Part shown: in pieces, positions 49,262 to 61,107 of the stretch
How the letters are laid out: every line of letters starts with the position of its first letter
Numbering within the stretch: the stretch's first letter is position 1
From: Neoechinorhynchus agilis
Taxonomy: Eukaryota; Animalia; Acanthocephala
Direction: 5' to 3'
Length of the DNA stretch: 64,000 nucleotides
Assembly: GCA_051530055.1 (NCBI GenBank)
Contig: CM121341.1
Coordinates: forward strand, 11,448,784 to 11,512,783
Made by a program: the position numbers and the translations under genes
Notes under the pieces: model-generated
The model's input: the letters and a program-made list of their open reading frames with translations, nothing else
What the model was told of the DNA's origin: nothing
The model's database searches: none

Positions 49262-50016
49262 CAGTGGAACGCCGATTATCCGAAAAAGTCAATTATCCGA
49301 ATATATTTGTTGTCAACTACATGAACATTATATAAGTGCATTTTCTAACCGCAAAATGCTTTAGGGTGATTTCGCTTAAGGTCAAACGTGCGATACTCTG
49401 CCAGGAAAAGGAAATTTTTGATTCGGAATCAGTTTATTGTCAAATTCTTTTGTTAGTTGTGAATGTGGCTTCAAATTCGAAAACGATCGCAATGCCTTGA
49501 ACGTATAAACAAAACTTGAACTATTGAATCGTCCTGAGAAAGGAACACGTCTCTAGCACAGTTTTATAACGTTGGAAATTCAACAATTTCCAGTCTTGCA
49601 ACGAAAAAACGAAGGTGTTCGATGGTACAGAGAAAATAAGTGATTATTTTAAACAATAAGCCTAAAATTATGTAAATCTGTCCCGGTTTCGCATTTTTTT
49701 ACAACTTCCCTCGCATGTTAAAAACGTTGATATCTGAAGTCTTGCTTTAAAAACTTGATACATCCAATTGAGTTTTCGGCTATCCGAATTTTTTATATCC
49801 GAACGTTGTCCGATCCCAATTAATTCGGATGAAGACTTTCTACAACATTTTCAACAATAAAGCTAAAATTATGTAATTCTTCGATTTTGCTTTATTAAAT
49901 ATCCTCCCCCGCATGCTAAGAATTTTGATATCTGAAGTCTAGCCTTAAAAACTTGATACATCCAATTGAGTTTTCGGTTATTCTCTCAATTAATTCGAAT
50001 AAATGACTTTCTACTG
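49262..50016 (+). mobile_element. Non-autonomous pogo/Tigger-like DNA transposon
   Basis: TA flanks both ends. TIRs CAGTGGAACGCCGATTATCCGAA and CAGTAGAAAGTCATTTATTCGAA match at 17/23. Internal frame-broken psq-HTH remnant (KLELLNR.EKG...YNVGNSTIS) at ~49490-49600. Confidence 0.7.
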
Positions 50017-50236
50017 TACTAATAGATCAATGATTGATTAGGCGAGACTTGCTCTTCCATAATATCCCAATTCAATACGATTTATTAGGGGTGGATTATG
50101 ACCATACCGCCAACTTTGTCATCCCCCGTTAAACGGCTGAAACGCACACAACATTCAATGTTGAGCGAATCTCTATACGATTTTCGAGAATTTCTTCCTG
50201 AATTAAAACGCACTTACAAATGTAATCTTTTCAAAG

Positions 50237-50749
50237 GCACGGTCTCGTTTGCCGCAAGTCAGGAGGAAGGTTCTCACGCCATTCTAAGATCGATAGCGTA
50301 ATTTCTCGGGCGTTGAGAACGGCGAACTTCCCCAGCATCTTGGAATCCGCCCATCTTTGTCAACTAGACGGTTGTCGACCTGACAGAATTTCGGTCTTCC
50401 CGTGGCGGGAGGGCAAATGCCCGTGGACACCCTCGCAGTAAGCAACATTCCATACTCTCTCGAAATCCCTGTAGGTGCAGCGGAAGGGAGGAAGGTACGA
50501 AAATATAGAGAATTAGCAAGGGCCCACTATTTTGTACCATTCGGAATAGAGACGTATGGAGCGCTTGGCAGCTCGGCACTCTCTCTGCTCCAGGATCTCT
50601 CGAAGAAATTGAGAGAGGCAACCGGAGACTCAAGAGCAGGCGTATTCCTTCGACAAAATATCTCGCTCGCAGTACAACGAGGCAATGCTGCCAGCGTGAT
50701 GGCGACGGTCGAGGAAGAAGAGAAGCTCCAATTTTGCGGACGGTGGTGA
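50237..50749 (+). mobile_element. CRE-like retrotransposon 3' fragment (endonuclease C-terminus)
   Basis: Closely similar in DNA to the reverse complement of ~59434-59970, including HYFVPFGIETYGALG and RQNISLAVQRGNAASVMAT. It has small internal deletions. Confidence 0.88.
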
Positions 50750-52241
50750 TTGCACGTTTTGTGCTTCATTATGCTCGAGAATTTAAGAGAGTATTGAAAA
50801 CTTTTTGCTTAAGGAATTTATTTAATTCGATATTTCGGCACAATCTCGCGTTTTTTTGTCAAGTTTAAACTTTTTAACAAAACACGTACAGGATTGTGGC
50901 TCCGAAAACAATCGGAATCAATAAATTCCTCTAATTTTTACGCCATAAACAAACATCAAAATAGTGCAATCTTCAGACGTTAAATTTGCAAAGTTATTTT
51001 TTGCTTTATACTTAATTTTAATTTAATTTGACAAATACGACCTAGAGTTTATTTATTTGCCTAGCTTTCGCCGTTTTACGGCTTCAACTAAGTAATTGTT
51101 TGCAAGTTTTTCAAAGTGGTGGGATCAATTTTTATAAAGGCAAAGAAAATGCTAAAATTAAAATACTGAAATTTTTTACTACCAGAAGATCATCCGAGCG
51201 GCGGTATTCATTATTAATAATACGAGAAATTTTGAAATCAACTATTATACGTTATCTTTTTTTTGCTTTCTCCAGAGAGATAAAAACGAATCGTCTGATT
51301 CAAAAAGGTTTCTACTCATGAGCAAGGTCAATTTTTCGTTGATAACAAAACGTTCCTTCTCAAAAATTATGTGAAATTAATCAATGAAGTGATCGATTTT
51401 TGAGGAACTCACTTAAACAAAAAAAGCCGCAATTGTTTGATTTAGTTTAATATTGAAAAAAAACCCGGAAACCGGGTTATAATATTTTAAGAGGCGGAAA
51501 CGACGATGAACCACAACAATTTTCACACTTGATCACCGATAAAATTTATCATTGATTTTGTTAATGTAATCTCAAGGTCCACTATGCTTTTCGGCGCTAG
51601 GTTGATTATTGGACGTTTTTCGAACTCAATTATTGTTAAACTGTTCAATCTTGCAATGAGTGATTGCAATGCCCCTCGGGGTTTCCCTCGTTAAGATCCG
51701 TGATTATCCTGCACTGCTCTTCTGATATTATGCTTGGATGTTTAGTGTGAAATTGTATTCTTTTCTGAAGGTATTCATGGCCAGCGAAGTGACACAAACG
51801 ATTTCTTCAATTCGAGCGAATCTGAGGGCGAGATGTGAGATCCGTAGTCTTAAATTAATGGATTTAATACAATAACTTTTAGAATATCGAATGTTTTGTC
51901 CGGATCTGTATTGTAGCTGCCGTTTCTCTAGAAACCTTGGAATAGAATAGCCTATTGGCGACTTTAAATCCTTGTTAATGCTCGTTGAATTGTAGAGAAA
52001 TGCCTGACATGATACAAATCGTTTGTTCAACATTTCTATTGAGTGTGGATGTGCGAAATCGATTTTGACCCTCTCTTCACCAATATTATAAAAGATTGTG
52101 TCTATATGAATCCGTCATGCTTCTAATTGTAAAAATTCCCTTGTTACGCCGTTGTTTCTCTCATAAACCCACAAATGACTCAAAGGCGCTCTTTAAAGCA
52201 CTTACAAAAGTAACGACAATCGTTGTTCTTTGGCTTGCACA

Positions 52242-52572
52242 ATGGTTGAAGGTAAGTTGCTGTCCTTTTTTTAAATCCATTGACGAAAATTTTAATCAAT
52301 TTAAAGTTAATGGCATCTATTATGGAGCACTGTATGAAAGCAGACCTGAAGATTTGTATCTAGGAGGATTCTTAGTAGTTTGGCCTCTTGTTCTACTTGC
52401 ATTGGCAGGTATATGCGGCTGGGTGCGTTTGGAATGAGTTATAATCTTGAATTTAGGAGCATTTCTTATTGTCGGGATTATTGGATTCACTGCAGACGCT
52501 TTTAGTGGAAAGCCTGCTCAACGTGTGGAAGCCGTTAATTTGCATGATTCCCTTGACTATTCGGACGCTTGA
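52242..52572 (+). CDS. Predicted 75-aa membrane microprotein, 3 exons
   Basis: ATG at 52242, and introns 52252-52306 (GTAAGT...AAG) and 52409-52456 (GTATAT...TTTAG) are phase-compatible. Product: MVEVNGIYYGALYESRPEDLYLGGFLVVWPLVLLALAGAFLIVGIIGFTADAFSGKPAQRVEAVNLHDSLDYSDA. Confidence 0.62.
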
Positions 52573-52825
52573 ATGTTCGGTTTCTATAATAAAGTAGATT
52601 TTGTTGCTTATTTATCGATAATAATAACTACGTAAATTATTTCGGATTGTCCATAGCGATGAGAAACTTGAGGCATATAAGACAGAAAACTTTTTATTTC
52701 CCTGCTTATTATGATATTCCTAGTCGGCGTGGTTACGATAATTAAATTGAGCTGTAAGTTAAGATGAAATAATCGATTTCAAGGAGTTGGTAAACTAATT
52801 GCTTTTGGCGGAAAATTTGAAGGAG

Positions 52826-52959
52826 TTTTATTAAATCCGACATTTCGGCACAATCTTCTGTCTTTATCAAGGTTGTAAATATAGATCCAGTCGATTAGAT
52901 TAATTTACAACCTTGACAAAAAAGTACGAGATTGTGCCGAAATATCGGATCTGATAAAA
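52826..52959. mobile_element. Foldback/MITE-like element, family B (~55-bp arms, ~22-nt spacer)
   Basis: atccgacatttcggcacaatct...tcaaggttgtaaat is mirrored by atttacaaccttga...agattgtgccgaaatatcggat. A half copy lies at ~50822-50865. Confidence 0.7.
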
Positions 52960-53450
52960 TTAGAAACAAACATGAAAAATTCAATCTTTAAACATTTTGT
53001 AAACTTCGATCTCATTGATTTTTCATCACGAACTATTATTGACAGGTATTTTGAGAAAAAACCTCTGAATGAAGAAATACCAAATGTCGATTAAAAGCTC
53101 AATCGGGTTCAAAATCTGCAAATTAAAATACTTTTGAACCAAAGTCTAAAAAGAACCTGCTGGAATGCTCTCAAAGGATTGTGATTTTTTTATCAACAAG
53201 TAGCTTTCTTGAGCACTCATGCAATAATTAATTTTAAGAAATCCCTCGCGAATAACGTGAGGGTTTCTTAAAATTTTAAATATCAACCGTGTTTGTAATA
53301 ACTTCTCAATCCTAAAGATATCCTTATAACATTTTGGTTTTACCCCAATTCTCAAAGGTGAAAGTCAAAATACATGCAATGACCTCAATCATCTTCTACA
53401 TATTTTAATTCATTTCAGATTTTTCTGCGAAACACGAACTTGAGCAAAAA

Positions 53451-54236
53451 ATGCTGAACCAAAAGAGATTCGGCTCATATGCTCGATTACTTGGCATGAA
53501 GGTTAACCATAAAGTAAAGAAGCGAATGATCACTTATCACAAACGGTCTCTAAAAAGAATAGAACTTGCGATCATACGTGAATCTACGTTGCAAGTTGAT
53601 GAAATGAACATGGATGAATATTTAGAAGCCACAAATGAACAAAATCAGGCCGAATATAAGAAATGGCTGGTTGCTGATACAGAGTCACACTTTAAGTGGT
53701 TACTAAACCGTCCTGAACCCCCGCTAATCCTTACTAGCGAGAAGAAAAATGCGAAAAGGTTCAAAAATAGCGACAGATTCTGCATGTTTTTCGATAGGAC
53801 CGCTGTTTGCCGTGAAGGCCTTAACTGCAGTCGTCCCCATCGATTATTGAATATTGATCAATGCAACTGCCTTGTATTTTTGAATGTTTACAATGCACGG
53901 AACTCCCTGGATGAGCTGACCAATGAGTTTTTTAAAGGAGTATTGCAGGATTTCTTAGGAAATGTAAAAGAATTTATTATTTGTTCGAATGAATGCCCTC
54001 AGCTTAAAGGAAACATATACGTTGAATTCAGCAAAGACGTGAGTTTAAGGCAATCGTATGACAGAATGGCTGGAACTGTATTTATGGGTAAGGTACTTCA
54101 GTTGAGTTGGATTAGGGTTCTTCATTGGGGAAGATCCATTTGTGCGACTAAAATTAAAGGACGATTTTGTCCTCGAGGTGATCAATGTAGCTTTATTCAT
54201 CCCTATCCTTATGACCGTTGGAGAGCGCTCGTGTGA
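53451..54236 (+). CDS. ZRSR2: U2AF35-related CCCH-UHM-CCCH protein, most like ZRSR2/URP, intronless CDS
   Basis: Basic/coiled N-terminal extension, ZnF1 CMFFDRTAVCREGLNCSRPH, UHM with N..PQLKGNIYVEF, and ZnF2 CATKIKGRFCPRGDQCSFIH. The N-terminal extension and CPRG motif favour ZRSR2 over U2AF1. Confidence 0.7.
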   Translation: MLNQKRFGSYARLLGMKVNHKVKKRMITYHKRSLKRIELAIIRESTLQVDEMNMDEYLEATNEQNQAEYKKWLVADTESHFKWLLNRPEPPLILTSEKKNAKRFKNSDRFCMFFDRTAVCREGLNCSRPHRLLNIDQCNCLVFLNVYNARNSLDELTNEFFKGVLQDFLGNVKEFIICSNECPQLKGNIYVEFSKDVSLRQSYDRMAGTVFMGKVLQLSWIRVLHWGRSICATKIKGRFCPRGDQCSFIHPYPYDRWRALV

Positions 54237-55011
54237 TATGAAGGAAATCAAATAAAGTTCGCTATTATTCGTATGGAATTTAAACACTACTTGAGATGAT
54301 GAATACTTTTTTATCACAATGTAAGTACATTCTGTGGTTTTAATATCGAATGGGACAGTTTATTTTTTCTTAATATGTTTGATACTCGATCGCTAATATC
54401 GAGGTTAATTTAAAAAGGATTTTAATCACTTTATAGCGGACAACATATATGAAAATAACGTGTGCTTCAACTTTGTGTATTCAAAGCGTGAAGTTCGGGT
54501 GGAATCCGTTTGATTGAAATACGTAAGATTCATTCATTTAACGTATAATACATCGATTAAAATACAAATAAGAGAAAAATTTGAAGCCATTTTGAGATAA
54601 ATGAGGAGTTTCAAGTAGTACAAACTTTTTAAAAACGCCATTAAAATGATCGAAATATTAGTTTTTAAGAAGTAATGCACCGTCATAAATTCTTTGAGAT
54701 CATATTGATGTCCGAATATTGACTGAACTAAACTATTTTATTGTTCTGTTGAAAGCACCTAAGTACTTTATGATTCTCAAAACGGATTCTACCTTTAAGT
54801 TGCAACACCTAGTGAATCTTTTCCACAATATTTTTGCTCAATAGCAGAACTGTTAAAGCATCATTCTATGGAAGCTATGGAATCAGTGTAATAGTTCATC
54901 TACCAAACACTTCTGTTCCGATACTGATGTTAACCATTTGAATGATCTCGCAATAAATGATGGATTATATTAACAAATTTACAAAAAAATAGCATAGCAG
55001 CATTATACAGG

Positions 55012-58000
55012 TCAGTTGCATTGTTGATAAATGGAAGATTGAAGTATCGAATGGCGAGTTTGATCTCGGAATATTATTGCCAATTTCTTATAATTTTCTT
55101 GATTACAATTCTTTTTTTCATTTTGTTGTAACAATCGCTTCTTAGCAGCGTCAACGTAGGTTTGGCTTAGCATAGCACTCGATCTTTTCCTACTTCGTTT
55201 CATGGTTCTCCTGTTGGCCTTCTCGTTAACCAGCGCTTGTTTTATGAGTAGAAGCATTTCTTTGGTACTATTGGTAGCCAAAGACAAAGGAGATTCATTA
55301 AAACTGGTTAACAGATTGATTTTCGCTCCATATGAGACGAGCAACTTTGCAGCAGCGCAGTTATTGTTTCTGATAGCGAAGATCAATGGAGTTGCTCGGT
55401 CATTGTTTGTTGTGTTTACTGAAGCTCCATGATTTACAAGTAAATCAATACACTCAAGACTGTCTACTTCGGCAGCCAAATGAAGTGCTGATGCACCTTC
55501 TAGATTATAGTTGTATCCACTGGTAACAATGTCCACTTTAGCTCCTAGTGCTATAAGACATTCCACAGCTGAAACGGAATCTCCAAGTACCGCTTGTTGA
55601 AGAGGAGTCCGGCCATAAGAATCGACTGCATTCAAGTTGGCAAATCCTTGAGAGAGTTCAACCATAATTCGTACGATTGCTGGAAAATCGGAACTTGCGG
55701 CAATGTGTAAAGGAGTTCTCTGAAGTTTATCTCGACATTTACATAAGGCTGGGTATTTAACAAGTAATAGTTGTGAACACTGGATGAGTTTTTGATGGGC
55801 TGCCAGATGAAGAGCGCTTTCTCCGTTACGTTCATTCACACAGGAAAGCATTTTGAACGCAAGGCGAGAATTCTTAGATCGTTCAGACATTTCGATTGTT
55901 TCGCTAAGTCTTGCTGCCTTATCCTGGTCTATTGAATGAGGACAATTAAGTATTGAGCATACAAGAGCACGTTCATTTTCTAGAAGTGAACGAGTTGCTT
56001 CGTAGTCGATATCTGCTTGTGTCCAAAGACGAAGAAGGCTTTCTTTGATTAAAGAAAACGTTTCTGTTATACTTTTCCTTGACCGTTTCGAGTCATCAGG
56101 ATGATCAGAGTTTGTGTAAGCTCTGTAACCCGTTCGTTTTCTGTTTTCATCGCAACTATTGGAATAATCGAGTCCGCTTATTGCAAAAGAGCACTTTAAA
56201 CTCTTTATGATAGCTTGAGTTCGAATAACTGCAATTAGAGAAATGAGCAGAATCCCACTCATAGCGCCAATACCGATTCCAATGAACATTCTATGAATCA
56301 AATGAGTTTTTGGCTGACTTGATTGTGCTTCCGCTAAGAAAATCGATCGACCGCCTTGAACAAGGGCTCGAACGTCCGTTAATTGTAAACCTGTAGGAAG
56401 GTTTCTTATAGCACGTATTCTATTGAGAGTATCTGTGATGGCACCATGCTCTGGAATTCGAAACAGAATTCGCACACAGTTATCATCTTCGTAAAGTTCC
56501 GAATCGCATTTTGTGACATTAATTTGCCCCAATTTACTTCCCTGGGGCTCAAATTTCTCTTCTAGAATCCACTTAAAAACATCCACAACACTGTCTCGTA
56601 TATTATGATTCCTATGATTGATCGATAGATTAAGTGAAATAATTGGATCAATTTCTTTTTCTAGAGATTCCCGCTTATATTCACAATGTTCTCCATAATA
56701 CCCATCGGAGCAGTCACATTGTCCTTTAAGACTACATCTTCCACCGTTCAAACAAGGGCACCAATGCTCCTCACAATGTTGACCACGAAATTCAAACGGA
56801 CATCGACAAGTGAATTCGTTACTGCCAAACGAAATGCAAGTTCCGTTATTGGCACATGGATAAATCGCACATGGATCGTTATTTTCACACAATTCTCCTT
56901 TATACCCAGGAAAGCAAATACACTTAAAGCCCGTCAAAGTACTAATGCAATTTGCTCCATTTTTGCACTTTGACTTTCCAACTGAACAAAAATCAAATGG
57001 ATCGTTACAAAGGTCTCCCTGATAACCTGGCGGGCATGTACATTTAATTTTTTCTGGGGATAATCGTGACATTTCCGATGAACATATGCCTCCATTCTTG
57101 CATTTGTATTCGTTTCCATCACATGGATCAACTTGAATCTCGCACTTCTTTCCTGTGAATCCACTTGGACAACTACATTGAAACGATCTGGATTCATTCA
57201 CGTACTCACATTTTCCGCCATTCTCACAATTCGAACACCCAGGAGCTCGAATCTGACAAAACGATCCTTCGAATCCATTGGGGCATTCACAGATTTCTTC
57301 ATACGTAAATTCGTCAAATCTACATTGCCCATCGTTTTTACAAGGATTGTCCGAGCAAGGACTTGTCCATTTTCTGCATTGTCTATCTTTTGTCCATCCT
57401 TTTTGACACTCACAGCGAAACGAACCAACGGTATTCACGCACATCCCGTTATTACTACATGGCTGACTCTCTTTACACTCGTCAACATCTTCACTGCAGT
57501 TTTGACCGGTCCAACCAATCAAACATGAACACTTGTACTCGTTTGCCAACATCATGCAGATTCCATCGTTTTGGCAAGGATTTCCGAGGTAACAGTGGTC
57601 TATGTATTGGCACCGATCACCATGACGTCCTAGTGGACAATCGCAAAAGATCTCTGTTTTGTTTTTCCGATATTGGCAGACCCCGCCGTTGCACACTTGC
57701 TCTGTACATTCCGCTGAAAATATATTTTCACAAAAATCTCCCTTGTAGCCTTAAAATTTCAATTCATGGAAAAAAAAGACAAATGGAAATTAAGCAAACC
57801 TGAAGGACAGAGACATTTAGCTTCGTATCCAGTTAATTCGGATCCGATCGGAATGCACCGACCTCCGTTAAGACAAACAGACAAATATGAATGATTTGTG
57901 GCGCATGGATTAATAAATTGGCACCTTGATCCAATAAATCCTGATTTGCAAATACAAATTGTATCCAGACGTTTCAGTCGTGTATCGTATCTACAGTCAC

Positions 58001-58106
58001 CATAATTTTCACAGTTATTTACATTGCATTTGGTCCATTTTTTTCGTCTGTGAAATTGAAGCGAATCGAAAATAGAAATTAAAAGGAAAAATCCCAAAAT
58101 GATCAT
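55012..58106 (-). CDS. Notch-like receptor: signal peptide, 11 EGF repeats, ~125-aa juxtamembrane domain, TM, ankyrin repeats; no LNR or RAM
   Basis: Exon 1 (58106 to ~57800) is joined by a ~50-nt GTTTGC...TTTTAAG intron to the 894-aa ORF. I counted 11 six-Cys EGF units (one cbEGF DVDEC). TM MFIGIGIGAMSGILLISLIAVI; Notch-type ANK motifs GESALHLAA, RTPLHIAAS and GASALHLAAEV; NLS-like RRTMKRSRKR. Confidence 0.85.
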
Positions 58107-59344
58107 CTAAAAATGTAGTAGAATTTTTCATTCTCTTCTGCGGAAATAAGAAATTTTTTACATATTCTCGTCATTGAAAAATATGCTAGAAAAATACATA
58201 GTTTTGGGAGGAGTTCTAGGCTAGTTTATAAGGCAAAGCACAATCTTACTTTCCGTGATGCTGATTGGTTCCATAAACAATTAAGATAATTTTACGATTT
58301 ATTTTGTAACATAAGTAATATTCAATATTTTGCATGCTACTTGTAATTTATGTGTTCGAAAATTAACATAGGTTACAGGCGCTATGTGTTTGCTTTTAAC
58401 CTTCATGATAAAATTTTATTGGGTTGAAATTATCGAACGCTAACTAATTTGAGATTATAAATTTTTAATTTAAAAATGGAGCTGCTTTTTTAATTAGATT
58501 AACTTATTTTCTGCAAATATTTTTAAATTTAAAAAAAATTGAGTTTTTTCCAATTTGCAATAGCGACGCCCAAACACTAGTAAATAGTGAGCCGCAGTCA
58601 GTAATGATCGACAGGTACTTAACAATTTCCTTACGTAATAAGCGTACAAATTAACCACTTAAGTTTTAGGCTGGTAAGTTGTGCTTAAGGATTTTTATTG
58701 TCTTGATATGTCAAGCTTTATTTCTCGCATAATTCGATGACCCTAAGTACAACAATCTCAGGTCGATTCCCACATAAAGGAAAAACACACGTTGCGTCAT
58801 AAAAGAGGCATATTGAACAAATGGAATTTTTTTGATATGGTACGAAATCAAGAAATTAAATTCATCAATGTTCCACATTTATATAAGACGTGTGCTTGCT
58901 AATAACAAAAATTGACACTTTTCAGTTATAATTATCACAAAATTTCACGATTGTTCGAAGCGTGCAAATACTTTTCACACAAGCCAATAGATTTCTGTTT
59001 TTCTTGCAAGAACATTTCGGTGCACGTTATAGAAGTAACGCAATAGTGATGATGTCGTTTTAAAATTTAATGGAAAAATTAAAAGTATTTTAGGCGACAG
59101 CAATTTTATTAGCTATAAAAGTACACGCTTCGCACATTTTTAACCAATGGATTCCTTCATTTATTAATCAACATTCCAAGAAAATTCATTAATAAATTAC
59201 GCACTTACAAGATAGGAAAGCAATGAACTTTTCGTTAAAATGCGTTGAATCCTCATTCGATCATTAAAGTAAAATTTTGTCTTGATTAGCATCCACCTGT
59301 ATCAATTTAAATTCTTCCACTTTGATTAACGCTAACAGGTCTAC

Positions 59345-61107
59345 TTTTTTTTAATATAAATTTTTTTATTTTATTTTAAACCTGTATAATTTTTGAAATT
59401 CAATCAATCTTAATTTCTCGACAATTAACACACTCACCACCTCCCGCCGAATTCCAGCTTTTGTCCTTCCTCGACCGTCGCCATTACGCTGGCAGCATTG
59501 CCCCGTTGTACTGCTAGCGAGATATTTTGTCGAAGGAATACGCCTGCTCTTGAGTCTCCGGTTGCCTCTCTCAATTTCTTCGAGAGATCCTGGAGCAGAG
59601 AGAGTGCCGAGCTGCCGAGCGCTCCATACGTCTCTACCCCAAAGGGGACAAAATAGTGAGCCCTCGATAAGTGAAGATATTTCCGTATTTTCCTCCCTTC
59701 CGCTGCACTGGCGGCACCACCGGCGATTTCGAGGGAGTGGGGGATGTTGCTGGCTGCGAGGGTATTCACACACGTGGCGTCCCAGAGAAGGCATTTGGCC
59801 TCCCGCCACGGGAAGACCGAAATTCCATCGGGCCTACGGCCGTCTAGTCTAAAGAGGTGGGCGGGTTCCAGGATGTTGGGGAAGTTCGCCGTTCTCAACG
59901 CCCGAGAAATTACGCTATCGATCTCAGAATCGCGTGAGAACCTTCCTCCTGACGTTCGGCAAACGAGACCGTATCGCCCGAAACCATCAACCAAAGACCC
60001 ACATCGACAGCGATGGGGCGTGCATATCGGGAGACCAAGTCTTAAGGATACTGCGATCCTCGTTACCTCGTCAGTAAGAAGAGTTCCCACTGATGCCAGA
60101 GGAACAGCCTCCAACCACGCCCCAGATTCTCGTGTTGAAACTGCCAACAGTCTAGCTCGGACGACCCCATCGCGAGAACCGGAAAGTAGAGAGCTGTGAG
60201 CTCTCGCGACAAGAGGTCCGTCCCAGATCGACTGTCTGAGGCCATTCACGGGAACATGGTTAGCGCCTGTCTGCTGGCACCATTCTTCAACCGCCACCAC
60301 GAAATCCCGGTCAAGACAGAACTTTTCCTTCAAAATGTTCTTCGAGACTGGTAGGCTCCCCTCAAGCAAGGTCTATTAGCGCCCGAATTCCCAATCCCCC
60401 AGACGACACAGGCAAAGAAGCTTGTCGCCACGCCTCATCTGAGAGCTGGACATTTAAAATACGCTCGAGGCATGCCCTCACCTTGCCGTCGAGCTTAGCC
60501 AATCCTTCCTTATGTTTGAAAAATGTTGCTGTGCGAACCTTGTACAATAATTTGGGGATGAAGAGCGCGTTCTTTATGAGAAACAAGGCTTCATGAGCCG
60601 AAAGAGCGCTAACCCTATCGCACAGCAACGAAAGTTTCGGTATGATATGACCGATCTCATCTTCCACATTTGAATCGAAGACGCAACTGCCCAGGAGGCT
60701 GAGTGGCTCCCGAGTCACGAGTTTCAGACCTGGAGCTACGGCCTCGAACCCAGCCATTAGTTCTTTGACTTTGGCGGCGTCTCCAATATTCAGTACAAAG
60801 AGCTCACATTTTCCAGCATTAAGCTCAATGCCCATGCCCCCCGAACATCCCCGTCCGCAAGCTTCGAAGCGACACGCTCAGTCAGTGATCGTTTTGAAAA
60901 ACGGCAGCGAAACTCTTCCTTCGTGCGTCCCTTACGAACCTCGCGGAGATTCCTTTCAAAATCGTTAAATATTTGTTCAAAGGAGGCTAACCTTTCCTTG
61001 ATTGTTGATGTCAAAGACACCCCAGAATCACCGCATGCCCGTTTAATGCGAGAAAATCTAGTTTCTTTGATCGCCATCCTAAATCCATAATCACAGTCTT
61101 TTTTCAA
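59345..61107 (-). mobile_element. CRE-like non-LTR retrotransposon, 5'-truncated, RT core internally deleted, A-rich 3' end
   Basis: GC-rich island. KLADGDVRGA abuts GIELNAGKCELF at ~60840. It continues with W.QASLPV..GGLG, a C-x-C knuckle, the RLE motif RPD...WDATC...K..KY and QRGNAASV, then an A-rich tail ending near 59345. Confidence 0.9.

Noticed and set aside
51728-52033. 101-aa ATG ORF divergent from the microprotein gene
   Set aside because: No homology, domain or splice evidence; cannot be distinguished from a chance ORF, though not excluded.
52096-52437. 113-aa tracked ORF
   Set aside because: Reads through intron sequence; better explained by the spliced 75-aa model.
53319-53399. 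Possible U12 AT-AC intron (ATATCCTT...AC) upstream of the ZRSR2-like ORF
   Set aside because: Poor branch-point match, and this 8-mer is expected several times by chance in 64 kb of AT-rich DNA.
55202-57803. Plus-strand and alternative-frame ORFs over the Notch-like gene
   Set aside because: Antisense or frame shadows of a long coding exon.
59366-60245. Extra ORFs overlapping the CRE element (and 50364-50769)
   Set aside because: Shadows of GC-rich retroelement coding sequence.
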